From: Candidatus Saccharimonadales bacterium
GTDB lineage: Bacteria > Patescibacteriota > Saccharimonadia > QS-5-54-17
Reading direction: 5' to 3'
DNA length: 64,000 nucleotides
Assembly (NCBI GenBank): GCA_040903985.1
Contig: JBBDUI010000002.1
Span: 29,361 to 93,360 of the forward strand
Every line of letters begins with the position of its first letter. The first letter of the stretch is position 1. Of the stretch, positions 36,772 through 46,479 are shown piece by piece. The notes beneath the pieces are model-generated. The model did no database searches and was not told the origin of the DNA. It saw only the letters and a program-made list of their open reading frames with translations. The position numbers and the translations under genes are program-made.

Positions 36772-37173
36772 ATGAGCCGAAAGACTAAAACGCACAAAAT
36801 TTTAATCATAGATGATGAGGCAGCTATTCTTAGCGCCTTGGAATTGTTTCTAGAACAAGAAGGTTATGAGGCAGAAGTTTCAACTAGTTTCGAGAAGTAT
36901 CTCAAGTCATCCAAGCGACCTCGACTTCCAGATCTAATTATCCTCGACATTTTACTCGGTAATGAAGATGGACGTGCTATCGCTCGCCGCTTCAAAGCTA
37001 GTACCGTAACCCAACGCATACCGATTATTATGATTTCAGCTCATCCAGATATAGCCGAGATGTCCCGAAGCGCCGGTGCAGACGCCTATCTGCCTAAACC
37101 GTTTAATACTGAGGTTATCTTGCAGACTATCGATAGGCTGCTTGAAGCAGCGCCTTCATCCTCTTTGAGCTAG
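36772..37173 (+). CDS. Single-domain response regulator (receiver only)
   Basis: ILIIDDE acidic pocket, phospho-acceptor D in DLIILDILL, conserved T/S and the K of YLPKPF. No output domain (133 aa). Confidence 0.85.
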   Translation: MSRKTKTHKILIIDDEAAILSALELFLEQEGYEAEVSTSFEKYLKSSKRPRLPDLIILDILLGNEDGRAIARRFKASTVTQRIPIIMISAHPDIAEMSRSAGADAYLPKPFNTEVILQTIDRLLEAAPSSSLS

Positions 37174-37299
37174 CTAATATCATCAGCTTTCAGCTCCGCG
37201 ATACGGGTGCGTAAACTGGCTTACACAAGCTTTTATTGTCTGTAGCAACTGAGTAGTGTACACTATTAAGCATAATAACTTAGTAAATAAATACGCCAC

Positions 37300-37986
37300 A
37301 TGGATTCACATTTAGTTCTAATTGCGCTGCACCTACTCGGATTTGCTTTCGGTGTGGGTGGAGCTACGGCTAGCGATGCTATTTTCGTTCGATCCGTAAA
37401 GGACGGTAAGGTTACCCGAAGTGAGTACAACATCCTTAAGACTGTATCGATAATCGTTTGGACTAGCGTCACCATCCTCATTCTTTCTGGCACCCTCTTG
37501 ATGTTACTCGAACTACAGCAGGGAGGAGACATACCACGACTTGGCTTTAGCTTCTTTCAACTTAAACTGACCGCTTTCGCCTTGCTAGTAGCTAATGGCG
37601 TCGTCTTCCATTTCAGGGTTTTTCCCTTGCTCAAGAGTACTATCGGGCAGTCGTTTAGAGAAGAGGGTGTACGACATAAATACTGGCTATTTGCACTAAC
37701 TGGTGGGATATCTATCGTTTCCTGGTATACGGCCTTTCTAGCCGTAGCCTTCTCTAGTGTGCTGATAGATTACCCTTATCTATTCCTACTCAACATCTAT
37801 GGCCTGCTAATCTGTGGAGCTGCTCTGAGTGCTTACCTCGTACTTCATTCCTTCGCTATGGAGAGGGGACTAGTCTGGACTCTATCTACCATCTACCGTC
37901 ATCCATTCGTAGTTAAGATGGTATTAGTCGGTCTACTCCTAGTAAGCGGTCTACTAGCGCAGGGCTATGAACTATTTCTGACCTAG
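37300..37986 (+). CDS. Hypothetical polytopic membrane protein (228 aa)
   Basis: About 6 TM helices and no conserved motif. Confidence 0.5.
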   Translation: MDSHLVLIALHLLGFAFGVGGATASDAIFVRSVKDGKVTRSEYNILKTVSIIVWTSVTILILSGTLLMLLELQQGGDIPRLGFSFFQLKLTAFALLVANGVVFHFRVFPLLKSTIGQSFREEGVRHKYWLFALTGGISIVSWYTAFLAVAFSSVLIDYPYLFLLNIYGLLICGAALSAYLVLHSFAMERGLVWTLSTIYRHPFVVKMVLVGLLLVSGLLAQGYELFLT

Positions 37987-38031
37987 TCTAAATGAAGCGA
38001 GAAAACAAATAATTGGAGTTGGAGAGTACAA

Positions 38032-39684
38032 ATGGATAACTTAAAACGACAGATAGAACAGTTAGTTGAAGGTGATGTCAGCGCTGCCACGACAGATTTA
38101 GAGCGAGCCAGTCATGATGCCAGCCTATTTGAGATCGTGCCTGAGCTGGTAGTAGCCCCGAAGACCAGCGACGATGTTGCCGCTCTAATAGGATTTGTCA
38201 CCGCCCAAAAGACCGAACATGCAAACCTCTCTCTGACTGCCCGGAGCGGCGGTACCGATATGAGCGGTGGGGCGGTGAATGAGTCAATCATAGTCGATAT
38301 GAATAAATACCTGACCAAGATCGGCCAAGTAGAGGAGATGCGGATCTCGACCCAGCCCGGTGCCTTCTACCGTGACTTTGAAGCAAAAACCCTGGAACAT
38401 GGATTAATCATGCCCTCCTATCCTGCCTCGCGCGAACTTTGTACCGTCGGTGGCATGGTAGCAAACAACGCGGGAGGGGAGAAGTCGCTGCAATACGGCA
38501 AGACTGAGCGCTTCGTCGCCGAGCTGGAGGTAGTCTTAGCAGATGGTAAAAAATACCACATCCGCCCCCTAAATCGGCAGGAACTGGACGCTAAGATAGC
38601 TCAGGGTGATTACGAGGGCAATCTCTACCAGGCCATATTCGAGCTAATCGATAAAAACTACGACCTCATTCAGGCTGCTCGCCCCCAGGTTAGCAAGGAT
38701 TCGACCGGCTATCATCTCTGGAACGTTTGGGACCGTGACAAAGAGATATTTGACCTCACTCAGCTCATTACCGGCTCCCAGGGTACGCTCGGTTTAGTAA
38801 CCGACATCCGCTTTCGTTTAGTCATCGCACCTCAGCACTCTGGTACTCTAGTCATTTTCCTGCGCGAAACTAAAGATCTAGGCCAATTAATTAACGACGT
38901 CTTAGCCCACGCGCCGGCCACTTTCGAAGGATTCGATAACTACACTTTAATGCTTAGTTTTAAGCTTTTCTTTTACTTCCGGAAGAATCTAGGCTGGTGG
39001 GGGATGATCAAGCTTGGCATACAGTTAATCCCCGATGCGATCAAACTCTTACGCGGCATCCCGAAAATGGTGCTCTTAGTTGAGTTTAATGGCGCTACAC
39101 CCGAAGAGGTGGCCGACAAAGTATCCGCTATGCATACTGCACTCAAGCCTTACGGACACGACGCCTTATTCGAGGAGGATGAGACTGAAGCTAAAGCGCG
39201 TAAGTTCTGGATTATGCGCCGGGAAAGTTTTAACTTACTAAGAAGCAAGGTGAAGAATAAGCACACCGCCCCGTTCATCGACGACCTAGTCGTTCCCCCA
39301 GAACACTTACCGCAGTTTCTACCCGAAGTACGTGCGATTATTAATAAGTACAAGTTACTAGCTACGATCGCCGGCCACATGGGTGACGGCAACTTCCATA
39401 TCATCCCACTGATGGAGATCGAGAAACAATCGGAGCGGGACAAACTGGAGCCGGCAATGCGTGAGGTAAACGAACTAGTTCTAAAATACGGCGGCTCTCT
39501 TTCTGGTGAGCATAACGACGGTTTAGTACGCGGCCCATGGCTAGAAGAAATGTACGGTACAGAGATGTATGGCATCCTCAAGCAGGTCAAGCAGATATTC
39601 GATCCGCAGAACATCTTTAATCCACACAAAAAGACCGATGCTACTTGGGAATACTCTAGCGCCCATATTCGGAAGAAGTTCTAA
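38032..39684 (+). CDS. FAD-linked oxidoreductase (GlcD / D-lactate dehydrogenase-like; FAD_binding_4 plus FAD-oxidase C-terminal domain)
   Basis: FAD-binding PCMH-type motifs (ARSGGTDMSGGAV, TVGGMVANNAGGEKS). 550 aa. Confidence 0.8.
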   Translation: MDNLKRQIEQLVEGDVSAATTDLERASHDASLFEIVPELVVAPKTSDDVAALIGFVTAQKTEHANLSLTARSGGTDMSGGAVNESIIVDMNKYLTKIGQVEEMRISTQPGAFYRDFEAKTLEHGLIMPSYPASRELCTVGGMVANNAGGEKSLQYGKTERFVAELEVVLADGKKYHIRPLNRQELDAKIAQGDYEGNLYQAIFELIDKNYDLIQAARPQVSKDSTGYHLWNVWDRDKEIFDLTQLITGSQGTLGLVTDIRFRLVIAPQHSGTLVIFLRETKDLGQLINDVLAHAPATFEGFDNYTLMLSFKLFFYFRKNLGWWGMIKLGIQLIPDAIKLLRGIPKMVLLVEFNGATPEEVADKVSAMHTALKPYGHDALFEEDETEAKARKFWIMRRESFNLLRSKVKNKHTAPFIDDLVVPPEHLPQFLPEVRAIINKYKLLATIAGHMGDGNFHIIPLMEIEKQSERDKLEPAMREVNELVLKYGGSLSGEHNDGLVRGPWLEEMYGTEMYGILKQVKQIFDPQNIFNPHKKTDATWEYSSAHIRKKF

Positions 39685-39769
39685 GCCCTCCATCCTGATT
39701 AAAGGCCCTGAAATGCTATAATAACTAGACTGATTAGTGAAAATTAATTGCGATTAAGGTAGGACTGTT

Positions 39770-42022
39770 TTGCTTATTAGAACGTATTACCGTCTGCGTA
39801 ACTTCTTCATGCGCGGCTACCGCCGCTTCTCTAGCTATTCCTTGCGGAAGAAAGTAGGTATCATCGTCGGCTCTGGTCTAGCCTTTCTGATCATAGTTCC
39901 ACTCCTAACTTACGCCTATTTCGTGCGTGACATCGCTAACGAAGAACGTCTGATGAACCGTAACAGTACTGGAGTTATCCTCCTAGATCGACATGGTGAA
40001 GAGTTTTACCGCGCATTTAACGCTAATGCCACCGAAACAGAACGAGTACCCTTGGAGCAGTTGCCCCAGCAGCTAGTTGAGGCCCTAATCGCTACCGAAG
40101 ACCGTAACTTCTATGAGCATGGTGGCTACTCAGTGCGTGGCATCGTAGCGGCCCTTTACGGCAATGTACTTAATCGTGATGCCACTAAATTCGGCGGCTC
40201 TACCATCACCCAGCAACTGGCCAAGAACGCCCTCCTAACTAATGACAAAAACTATCTGCGCAAGTACCAGGAGCTGTCCTTAGCCATCGCCATCGAACGT
40301 CACTATGAGAAAGATAAAATTCTAGAACTCTATCTCAACTCTGTTTATTTCGGTGAGGGAGCTTTCGGTATCGAAGATGCCGCCCAGACCTATTTTGCCA
40401 AGCCCGCCACAGAGCTTACTTTAGCTGAAAGCAGTATCTTAATCGGTATTCTACCAGCCCCTTCGGCTTGGTCGCCCATTACCGGGAATCTTGAGCAGGC
40501 GCGCGAACGTCAGGAAGTGGTATTGGATAGCATGGCTGAAGTCGGTTACATCGAAGAAAGCGCAGTCACCGCTACCTTAGCAGAGCAACTCGAATTCCAG
40601 TCTATCGAAGTAGTGGGCGAACAGTACGCCATTCACTTCGCCGAGATGGTTATCGATGAGTTGGAAGAGCGCTACGGCGAAGAGAGGGTGGCCCGCTCCG
40701 GTTTCTTAGTCACCACCACCCTAGATTTGCAGTGGCAGCAGTCTGCTGAAACCGCCGTCACGCAGCATCTAGCTCAACTGCAGTACGCTGAAGTCGATAA
40801 CGGCGCGGTCGTAGCTATCGATCCGGAAAATGGGGCTATTCGCAGCTTAGTAGGGAGTAGCGACTGGAGTAACGAAGAGTTTGGCCGAGTCAATATGGCT
40901 ACCGTACCGCGTCAACCCGGTTCCAGCTTTAAACCGATTTACTATGCCGAAGCGCTAGCCGAGAAACAGATCACCCCGGCCACTATCTTAGAAGATGTCC
41001 CGACAACGTTCGGAAACAGCTACGAGCCAGAGAACTTCGACCTAAGTTATCGCGGTGATGTTACCGTGCGCCGAGCTTTGGCCAACTCACTTAATATACC
41101 GGCCATCAAAGTGATGGAGCAGCTGGGAGTGAGCGAGTCGATTGCCGCTGCTCAACGCCTAGGACTCGATACTATCGATACATCAACCGATTACGGTCTC
41201 TCGCTAGCCCTCGGTACGGCTGAGGTACCCTTAATAGATATGACTAACGCCTACGCAGCCTTCGCAGCTAGCGGCATGCAGCATGAGACGGTACTTATAG
41301 AGGAAATCGATAATAAATATGGCGAAACAATCTTCCGTTTTAACAATCAAGGTAGTCGCGTGCTCGATGCTGGAGCGGCATACTTGATCTCCTCTATTCT
41401 TTCGGACGAATCGGCCCGAGCAGAAACCTTTGGTAGCAGTCTATCAATCGGTCGCACGGCAGCGGTCAAGACCGGCACGACAGAAGACAACCGAGATGCA
41501 TTAACACTCGGCTACACTCCGGAAATTGCCGTTGGAGTCTGGGTGGGGAACAACGATAATCGTCCGATGAGTGCAATCGGTGGTTCTACCGGAGCCGCCC
41601 CGATCTGGCGCAGTGTGATGCAGACTATTACGACTGATATGCCGGCTGGGGAGTTTACCCAACCAAGTAGTATCACTTCTGCCTTAATTTGTTACGGGAA
41701 CGGTCTACGCGCTAGTGAGGCTTTTGCCGGGGCCTACCGCGAATACTTCCTACGTGGCACGCTACCTAGATTCGGCTGCGCAGCGCCCGAACCGGAACCG
41801 GAGGAGGAAGAACCCCCTGCCGACGAAGTCGAAGAAGAAGATACGACACCGGATGAGCCAGAGACAGGACCACCGGAAGATGATACCGGTACCGGGCAAG
41901 ATAACGGTGGGGATGATGATACTGGGCAACCAGATGACGGTGATGATCCAGATGAAGATGATAGCCCGCCTGGAAATGGCGGACAGGGTCAGAATCCCAG
42001 CTCCGGCCAGACTCAAGCCTAA
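39770..42022 (+). CDS. Class A penicillin-binding protein (PBP1A: GT51 transglycosylase plus transpeptidase) with an acidic low-complexity C-terminal tail
   Basis: GT51 motifs (EDRNFYEHGG, GGSTITQQLAKN), TPase SxxK (GSSFKP), SLN (SLNIP) and KTGTT. TTG start at 39770 after an aaggtagg RBS; an alternative ATG is at 39809. Confidence 0.88.
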   Translation: MLIRTYYRLRNFFMRGYRRFSSYSLRKKVGIIVGSGLAFLIIVPLLTYAYFVRDIANEERLMNRNSTGVILLDRHGEEFYRAFNANATETERVPLEQLPQQLVEALIATEDRNFYEHGGYSVRGIVAALYGNVLNRDATKFGGSTITQQLAKNALLTNDKNYLRKYQELSLAIAIERHYEKDKILELYLNSVYFGEGAFGIEDAAQTYFAKPATELTLAESSILIGILPAPSAWSPITGNLEQARERQEVVLDSMAEVGYIEESAVTATLAEQLEFQSIEVVGEQYAIHFAEMVIDELEERYGEERVARSGFLVTTTLDLQWQQSAETAVTQHLAQLQYAEVDNGAVVAIDPENGAIRSLVGSSDWSNEEFGRVNMATVPRQPGSSFKPIYYAEALAEKQITPATILEDVPTTFGNSYEPENFDLSYRGDVTVRRALANSLNIPAIKVMEQLGVSESIAAAQRLGLDTIDTSTDYGLSLALGTAEVPLIDMTNAYAAFAASGMQHETVLIEEIDNKYGETIFRFNNQGSRVLDAGAAYLISSILSDESARAETFGSSLSIGRTAAVKTGTTEDNRDALTLGYTPEIAVGVWVGNNDNRPMSAIGGSTGAAPIWRSVMQTITTDMPAGEFTQPSSITSALICYGNGLRASEAFAGAYREYFLRGTLPRFGCAAPEPEPEEEEPPADEVEEEDTTPDEPETGPPEDDTGTGQDNGGDDDTGQPDDGDDPDEDDSPPGNGGQGQNPSSGQTQA

Positions 42023-42030
42023 GTAGACCT

Positions 42031-43842
42031 TTAACGCTTCTTGTTACGTAAGTTGCGATCAAGCTCGCGTTTACGCAACCGAATACTCTTCGGAGTCACT
42101 TCCATTAGCTCATCATCTTCCAGAAAATCAAGTGACTGCTCTAGGCTAAAACGAGTAGCCGGGGTTAGCTGCACTGTGCCATCACTGCTCTTACTCCGCA
42201 TATTGGTTAAGTGCTTCTCCTTAGTAACGCTAACGTCTAAGTCCTCACTCCGGCTGTTTAGTCCGACTATCTGGCCGCTATATACTTTCTCGCCCGGACC
42301 GACGAAGAGGGTGCCGCGAGCCTCAACCGACTGTAGTGCGTAGGGAGTAGTCACAGCGCTGTCAAAGGCGATTAAGGCGCCGCTGCGTTGCTGATCGAGA
42401 TCAGGGCCTTTTGGTTGATAGCCTTTTAGCATACTGTTCATAACCACCGTACCCTTAGTCTGAGTCACCAAGATATTACGTAAGCCGAGGTAGGTACGGG
42501 TCGGCATCTCATAAATTAGGCGTGCATCTCCGGAGCTAAGGTTAGACTGAGAGATAGCTACTGCCCGCCGCTTGCCCATTTCACTCTGGACAGTACCGGT
42601 ATACTCGGCCGGTACTTCGATCGCGACCTCTTCAAATGGCTCTAAGGTCTGACCGTTCTCCTGACGATAAACCACTCGCGGCTGACCGACCTCAAACTCA
42701 AAGCCTTCTCGGCGCATCGTCTCAATTAAGACACTTAGGTGGAGCTCACCCCGGCCGCTAACGATAAAACCGATCGCTTCCGGTTCGAGTTGGAAACCGA
42801 TATTGGTCTCTAATTCTTTCTCTAACCGCTCGGCGATCTGCCGTGAGGTGGTGAAGTCGCCTTCCTTACCCTTTAATGGAGAAGTGTTGGGACCCAAATA
42901 TATACTTAGGGTTGGGTCTTCCAGCTTAATAACCGGTAGAGCATCCGGATGCTCAGGGTCAACTATGGTCTGACCAATCTGTGCTTCACTCAGGCCACTG
43001 AGCGCGATGATATCACCTTGCTCGGCACGCTGAGCTTCCACCCGGGCTAGGCCTCGATAAGTATAAATCTTATCTACTTTTCCGGTAGAGGTGATGCCGT
43101 CTGGAGTAGCTAGCGCCACTTTCTTTCCAGGCACCACGCTGCCCCGACCGATGCGGCCGATAGCATATTTCCCTTCATAGTTGTCCCAAGCTAGGGAAGT
43201 GACCAATAACTGTAAACCTTCACCCGGGGTAGGCTGTGGTGCCGGCACCTGCTCGATAATGGCATCTAATACGGGGGTAATAGTAGTTTCCGAATTAAAG
43301 TCTACCGGCATAGTGTCCCAAGCCTTACCATCTCGCGCTACAGCGTAATAAATCGAGTACTGTAGTTGTGATTCGATCGTCGCTAGATCCAAGAAGAGAT
43401 CGGCTAGCTCGCTCTCAACTTCCGCGATACGAGCTCCTGGCTTATCAATCTTATTAATGATCACGATCGGCACCAGGCCGGCCGCTAGAGCCTTAGATAG
43501 GACGAACTTGGTCTGGGGCATCGGGCCTTCCTGGGCATCAACTATTAGTAAGCAGCCGTCGGCCATATGCAAAATACGCTCGACCTCACCGCTAAAGTCG
43601 GCGTGACCAGGTGTATCGATGATGTTGATGCGATGCTCAGCATACTCGATAGCGGTGATCTTAGCAGTAATAGTGATACCACGCTCCCGCTCTTGGTCGT
43701 TAGAGTCCATTAGCAGCTCTTGACTCATTTCGGCCTGATTATCCCGGAACAGATTACTCTGCTTGAGAAAACTATCGACCAAAGTGGTCTTGCCATGGTC
43801 GACGTGAGCTATGACGGCGATGTTACGAATATTATTTGACAT
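42031..43842 (-). CDS. typA: Translational GTPase TypA/BipA
   Basis: G1 AHVDHGKTT, G3 DTPGHADF, G4 NKID, and EF-G-like domains. Start chosen at MSNNIRNIAVIAH; the ORF is open upstream to 43863. Confidence 0.9.
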   Translation of the reverse strand: MSNNIRNIAVIAHVDHGKTTLVDSFLKQSNLFRDNQAEMSQELLMDSNDQERERGITITAKITAIEYAEHRINIIDTPGHADFSGEVERILHMADGCLLIVDAQEGPMPQTKFVLSKALAAGLVPIVIINKIDKPGARIAEVESELADLFLDLATIESQLQYSIYYAVARDGKAWDTMPVDFNSETTITPVLDAIIEQVPAPQPTPGEGLQLLVTSLAWDNYEGKYAIGRIGRGSVVPGKKVALATPDGITSTGKVDKIYTYRGLARVEAQRAEQGDIIALSGLSEAQIGQTIVDPEHPDALPVIKLEDPTLSIYLGPNTSPLKGKEGDFTTSRQIAERLEKELETNIGFQLEPEAIGFIVSGRGELHLSVLIETMRREGFEFEVGQPRVVYRQENGQTLEPFEEVAIEVPAEYTGTVQSEMGKRRAVAISQSNLSSGDARLIYEMPTRTYLGLRNILVTQTKGTVVMNSMLKGYQPKGPDLDQQRSGALIAFDSAVTTPYALQSVEARGTLFVGPGEKVYSGQIVGLNSRSEDLDVSVTKEKHLTNMRSKSSDGTVQLTPATRFSLEQSLDFLEDDELMEVTPKSIRLRKRELDRNLRNKKR

Positions 43843-44022
43843 ATCCGCGTAGTATAACAGCATTCGGGGTTAATTTTGAGGGCTAAACCATAAGATGCGA
43901 ACAGTAGGCCCAGACCCAGCGGGGTAGCTACGTGTGATCTACATCACAGATAATGTAAATTTATTTGCTTCTTAAAGCCAATAATGCTACTATAAATAGT
44001 AGTAAATAAAGGAGATACCCAC

Positions 44023-44175
44023 ATGTTATATACAATCATCGTCATCCTACTAGCCCTCTGGCTGTTCGGACTTTTATTCGAAGTTGCCGGCGGCTTAATC
44101 CATCTACTACTAGTGGTAGCATTGGTAGTCTTCATCTATAACCAAGTCACTAAACGCCGCGCCTCGGTCGAATAG
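44023..44175 (+). CDS. Lmo0937-family small membrane protein (50 aa). Not in the supplied ORF track because it is shorter than 60 aa.
   Basis: MLYTIIVILLALWLFGLLFEVAGGLIHLLLVVALVVFIYNQVTKRR matches the Lmo0937 small-protein family. Strong RBS aaggag 8 nt upstream. Confidence 0.55.
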   Translation: MLYTIIVILLALWLFGLLFEVAGGLIHLLLVVALVVFIYNQVTKRRASVE

Positions 44176-44375
44176 GTAGCCGCAGTAGATAGCCGGACCG
44201 TTTCAGCCAGTGTGCTAGCGGTCTGGCGCATTAAGGACAGATAGTGTATAGTTGTAAACTGTGCCAACTGCCCAAACAGGTGCAGGCACTATTTTAATTT
44301 AGAACTTTCAAGATGAATACGAGACTTCGATCTAAACTCGCTGTTCGTCAGCAAGTTTAGAAAGAGGTTACATCT

Positions 44376-45602
44376 ATGCAATACAATTCAACTTCTCGTG
44401 GTGGTACACGTTATCGCGGCGGGAATCAACGCAATCGCAGTGGCGGAGGCGGCAACCGTCGTCGTGCGCCCCAAAAAGGCCGTGGCAACCAAGGCCAATA
44501 TATCCATCCGGATAAATTCGTTAATAAGATGCCAGTAGCCGATCAACCAGTCTTTACAGCCACTCATAGCTTTAGTGACTTCGGACTGTTCCCGGCCCTT
44601 GAGCAGACCTTGCAAAAACGTGGCTACAGCTCACCAACAGCTATCCAAGATGAGGCGATTCTGCCCGCTATGGATGGTCAGGACGTGATAGGCATCGCCA
44701 ACACTGGCACCGGTAAGACCGCCGCCTTTGTGCTACCGATTATTCACCGCCTGAAGACTGGCCAAGCCGATGGTCAAGTGCTCATTATCGCACCAACTCG
44801 CGAGTTAGCCGGGCAAATTGATGAAGAGTTTCGCAGTTTCTCTCAAGGACTCAACCTATACTCGGTCGTCTGTGTCGGCGGTATGCGTATCGACCCTCAA
44901 ATTCGGGCCTTACAACGCCGTCCCCAGGTCGTAATCGGCACTCCCGGTCGACTGAAAGACTTGCTACAGCAACGTAAGCTACATCTAGACTCTACCGGTA
45001 TCCTGGTCCTCGATGAGGCCGACCGCATGCTAGATATGGGCTTCCTACCCGACATCAGGTTCTTACTTGACCGCTTACCGACCAAACGTCAATCGCTGTG
45101 CTTCAGCGCGACTATTACGCCAACCATCAAGGACCTAATGGATCGGATGATGAACGATCCGGTCTCAGTCTCAGTTCGTACCGGTGATACCAGCCGGCAA
45201 GTAGCCCAAGATATCGTTCGGACTACTTCTAAAGAACACAAGCTAGAGGTACTGACTAATCTCCTAGCTCAACCGCATTTTGAGAAAGTACTAGTCTTTG
45301 GTCAGACTAAGTTCGGCGTACAGCGTCTAGCCGATACTCTCAGCCAGCAAGGTACGCCAGCCCAGGCCATACACGGTAATAAGACCCAGTCCCAGCGTCA
45401 ACGAGCTCTGAAAGCCTTCAAGGACGGTCACGTAGACATCCTAGTCGCGACCGACGTCGCTGCTCGTGGGCTCGATATACCTAACGTCAGCCATGTCATT
45501 AACTTTGACCAGCCCCATACTTACGACGACTACATCCACCGTATCGGGCGTACTGGTCGCGCCGGTAAACGAGGCGAGGCCCTGACCTTCATCTCACAGT
45601 AA
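44376..45602 (+). CDS. DEAD-box ATP-dependent RNA helicase with an N-terminal RGG/Arg-Gly-rich extension
   Basis: Q motif (F..F...A), motif I ANTGTGKT, Ia PTRELA, DEAD (LDEADRM), SAT, and motif VI HRIGRTGRAG. Confidence 0.9.
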   Translation: MQYNSTSRGGTRYRGGNQRNRSGGGGNRRRAPQKGRGNQGQYIHPDKFVNKMPVADQPVFTATHSFSDFGLFPALEQTLQKRGYSSPTAIQDEAILPAMDGQDVIGIANTGTGKTAAFVLPIIHRLKTGQADGQVLIIAPTRELAGQIDEEFRSFSQGLNLYSVVCVGGMRIDPQIRALQRRPQVVIGTPGRLKDLLQQRKLHLDSTGILVLDEADRMLDMGFLPDIRFLLDRLPTKRQSLCFSATITPTIKDLMDRMMNDPVSVSVRTGDTSRQVAQDIVRTTSKEHKLEVLTNLLAQPHFEKVLVFGQTKFGVQRLADTLSQQGTPAQAIHGNKTQSQRQRALKAFKDGHVDILVATDVAARGLDIPNVSHVINFDQPHTYDDYIHRIGRTGRAGKRGEALTFISQ

Positions 45603-45636
45603 ACTGGCTCACCCCACCTCGTCACAGTAGAGTGGG

Positions 45637-46083
45637 GTGGAGTCAATAGCTGCTATAGTTATGTTTAAGTATATGAACTACTTAACTCAACAGCTAAAAG
45701 AGCAGCTCATCGCCATACGTAACTCAATACTGTTTGAAGCTGTATTCGTCATACTAGTTATCATCAGCATCGCACTACTACTTGGCGAGTTCGTGCTCCC
45801 AGTATCGTCCACGACCATACAAGCTTTCGGCCAAATCAACATGGCTATCGCTTGGATATTTCTGGCAGACTTCTTTTTAGGACTACTCATTACACCCGAT
45901 CGACGGCTATACCTAAAGTCCGACTGGTTTCTGCTACTAGCCTCAATTCCGGTAAGTGAGTACGTCTTCAGCTCACTGCGAGTTTTCCGCTTAGTCCGAA
46001 TTTTCCGTATTTACGGGACAATCAGCCGAAGCCTAGCCATACCCCACCTCCGCTTCTTATTTAAGCGCCGGCGCAGACACTAG
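45637..46083 (+). CDS. Hypothetical membrane protein (148 aa), possibly ion-transport-like
   Basis: Three hydrophobic helices and a basic C-terminus. Confidence 0.4.
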   Translation: MESIAAIVMFKYMNYLTQQLKEQLIAIRNSILFEAVFVILVIISIALLLGEFVLPVSSTTIQAFGQINMAIAWIFLADFFLGLLITPDRRLYLKSDWFLLLASIPVSEYVFSSLRVFRLVRIFRIYGTISRSLAIPHLRFLFKRRRRH

Positions 46084-46138
46084 TCTCAGCACATTGGTAT
46101 AATGAAGATAGGCAAATTAGAGTAGCAAGGAGGCCGCA

Positions 46139-46459
46139 ATGACAGATTCACAAATTGCTCGTCAAGCAGCTGATCGACGAGACAACGCCAAACGCTTAGA
46201 GCGCGAAAAGGTTAAGAAAGAACAGCGGGTCAGAAGCCTAGAGAGAGAGGCCAACCGCCATAAAGCTGGTGCGGCTGGGCATATCCTAGGAATGCAGGAT
46301 AGCTCCGATATACAGGCAGCCAACTATCAGCGTGAGGAAGCTCAGGAAGCTAAAAACGAAGCCGAGGAACTAGCGGCAGAGGTGGATGAATTAAACGCTG
46401 AGAAAAAGCGCCTAGAAGAGGAAGCCGACCGGTTAAACGAAGAAGCTAAAAAAGCGTAA
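46139..46459 (+). CDS. Hypothetical coiled-coil protein (106 aa, highly charged)
   Basis: E/K/R-rich heptad-like sequence. Confidence 0.4.
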   Translation: MTDSQIARQAADRRDNAKRLEREKVKKEQRVRSLEREANRHKAGAAGHILGMQDSSDIQAANYQREEAQEAKNEAEELAAEVDELNAEKKRLEEEADRLNEEAKKA

Positions 46460-46479
46460 ACTCCCGAAATGACCGTTGA

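Noticed and set aside
41715-42062. Multiple overlapping ORFs on both strands at the PBP1A 3' end
   Set aside because: They are artefacts of the GA-rich repeat encoding the acidic tail. The PBP reading frame is continuous with the upstream catalytic domains.
45610-45639. Terminator after the DEAD-box helicase gene (caccccac...gtggggtg stem)
   Set aside because: The 8-bp stem has a 14-nt loop and no downstream U-tract. It is at best a weak or Rho-dependent signal, so it was not listed as a feature.
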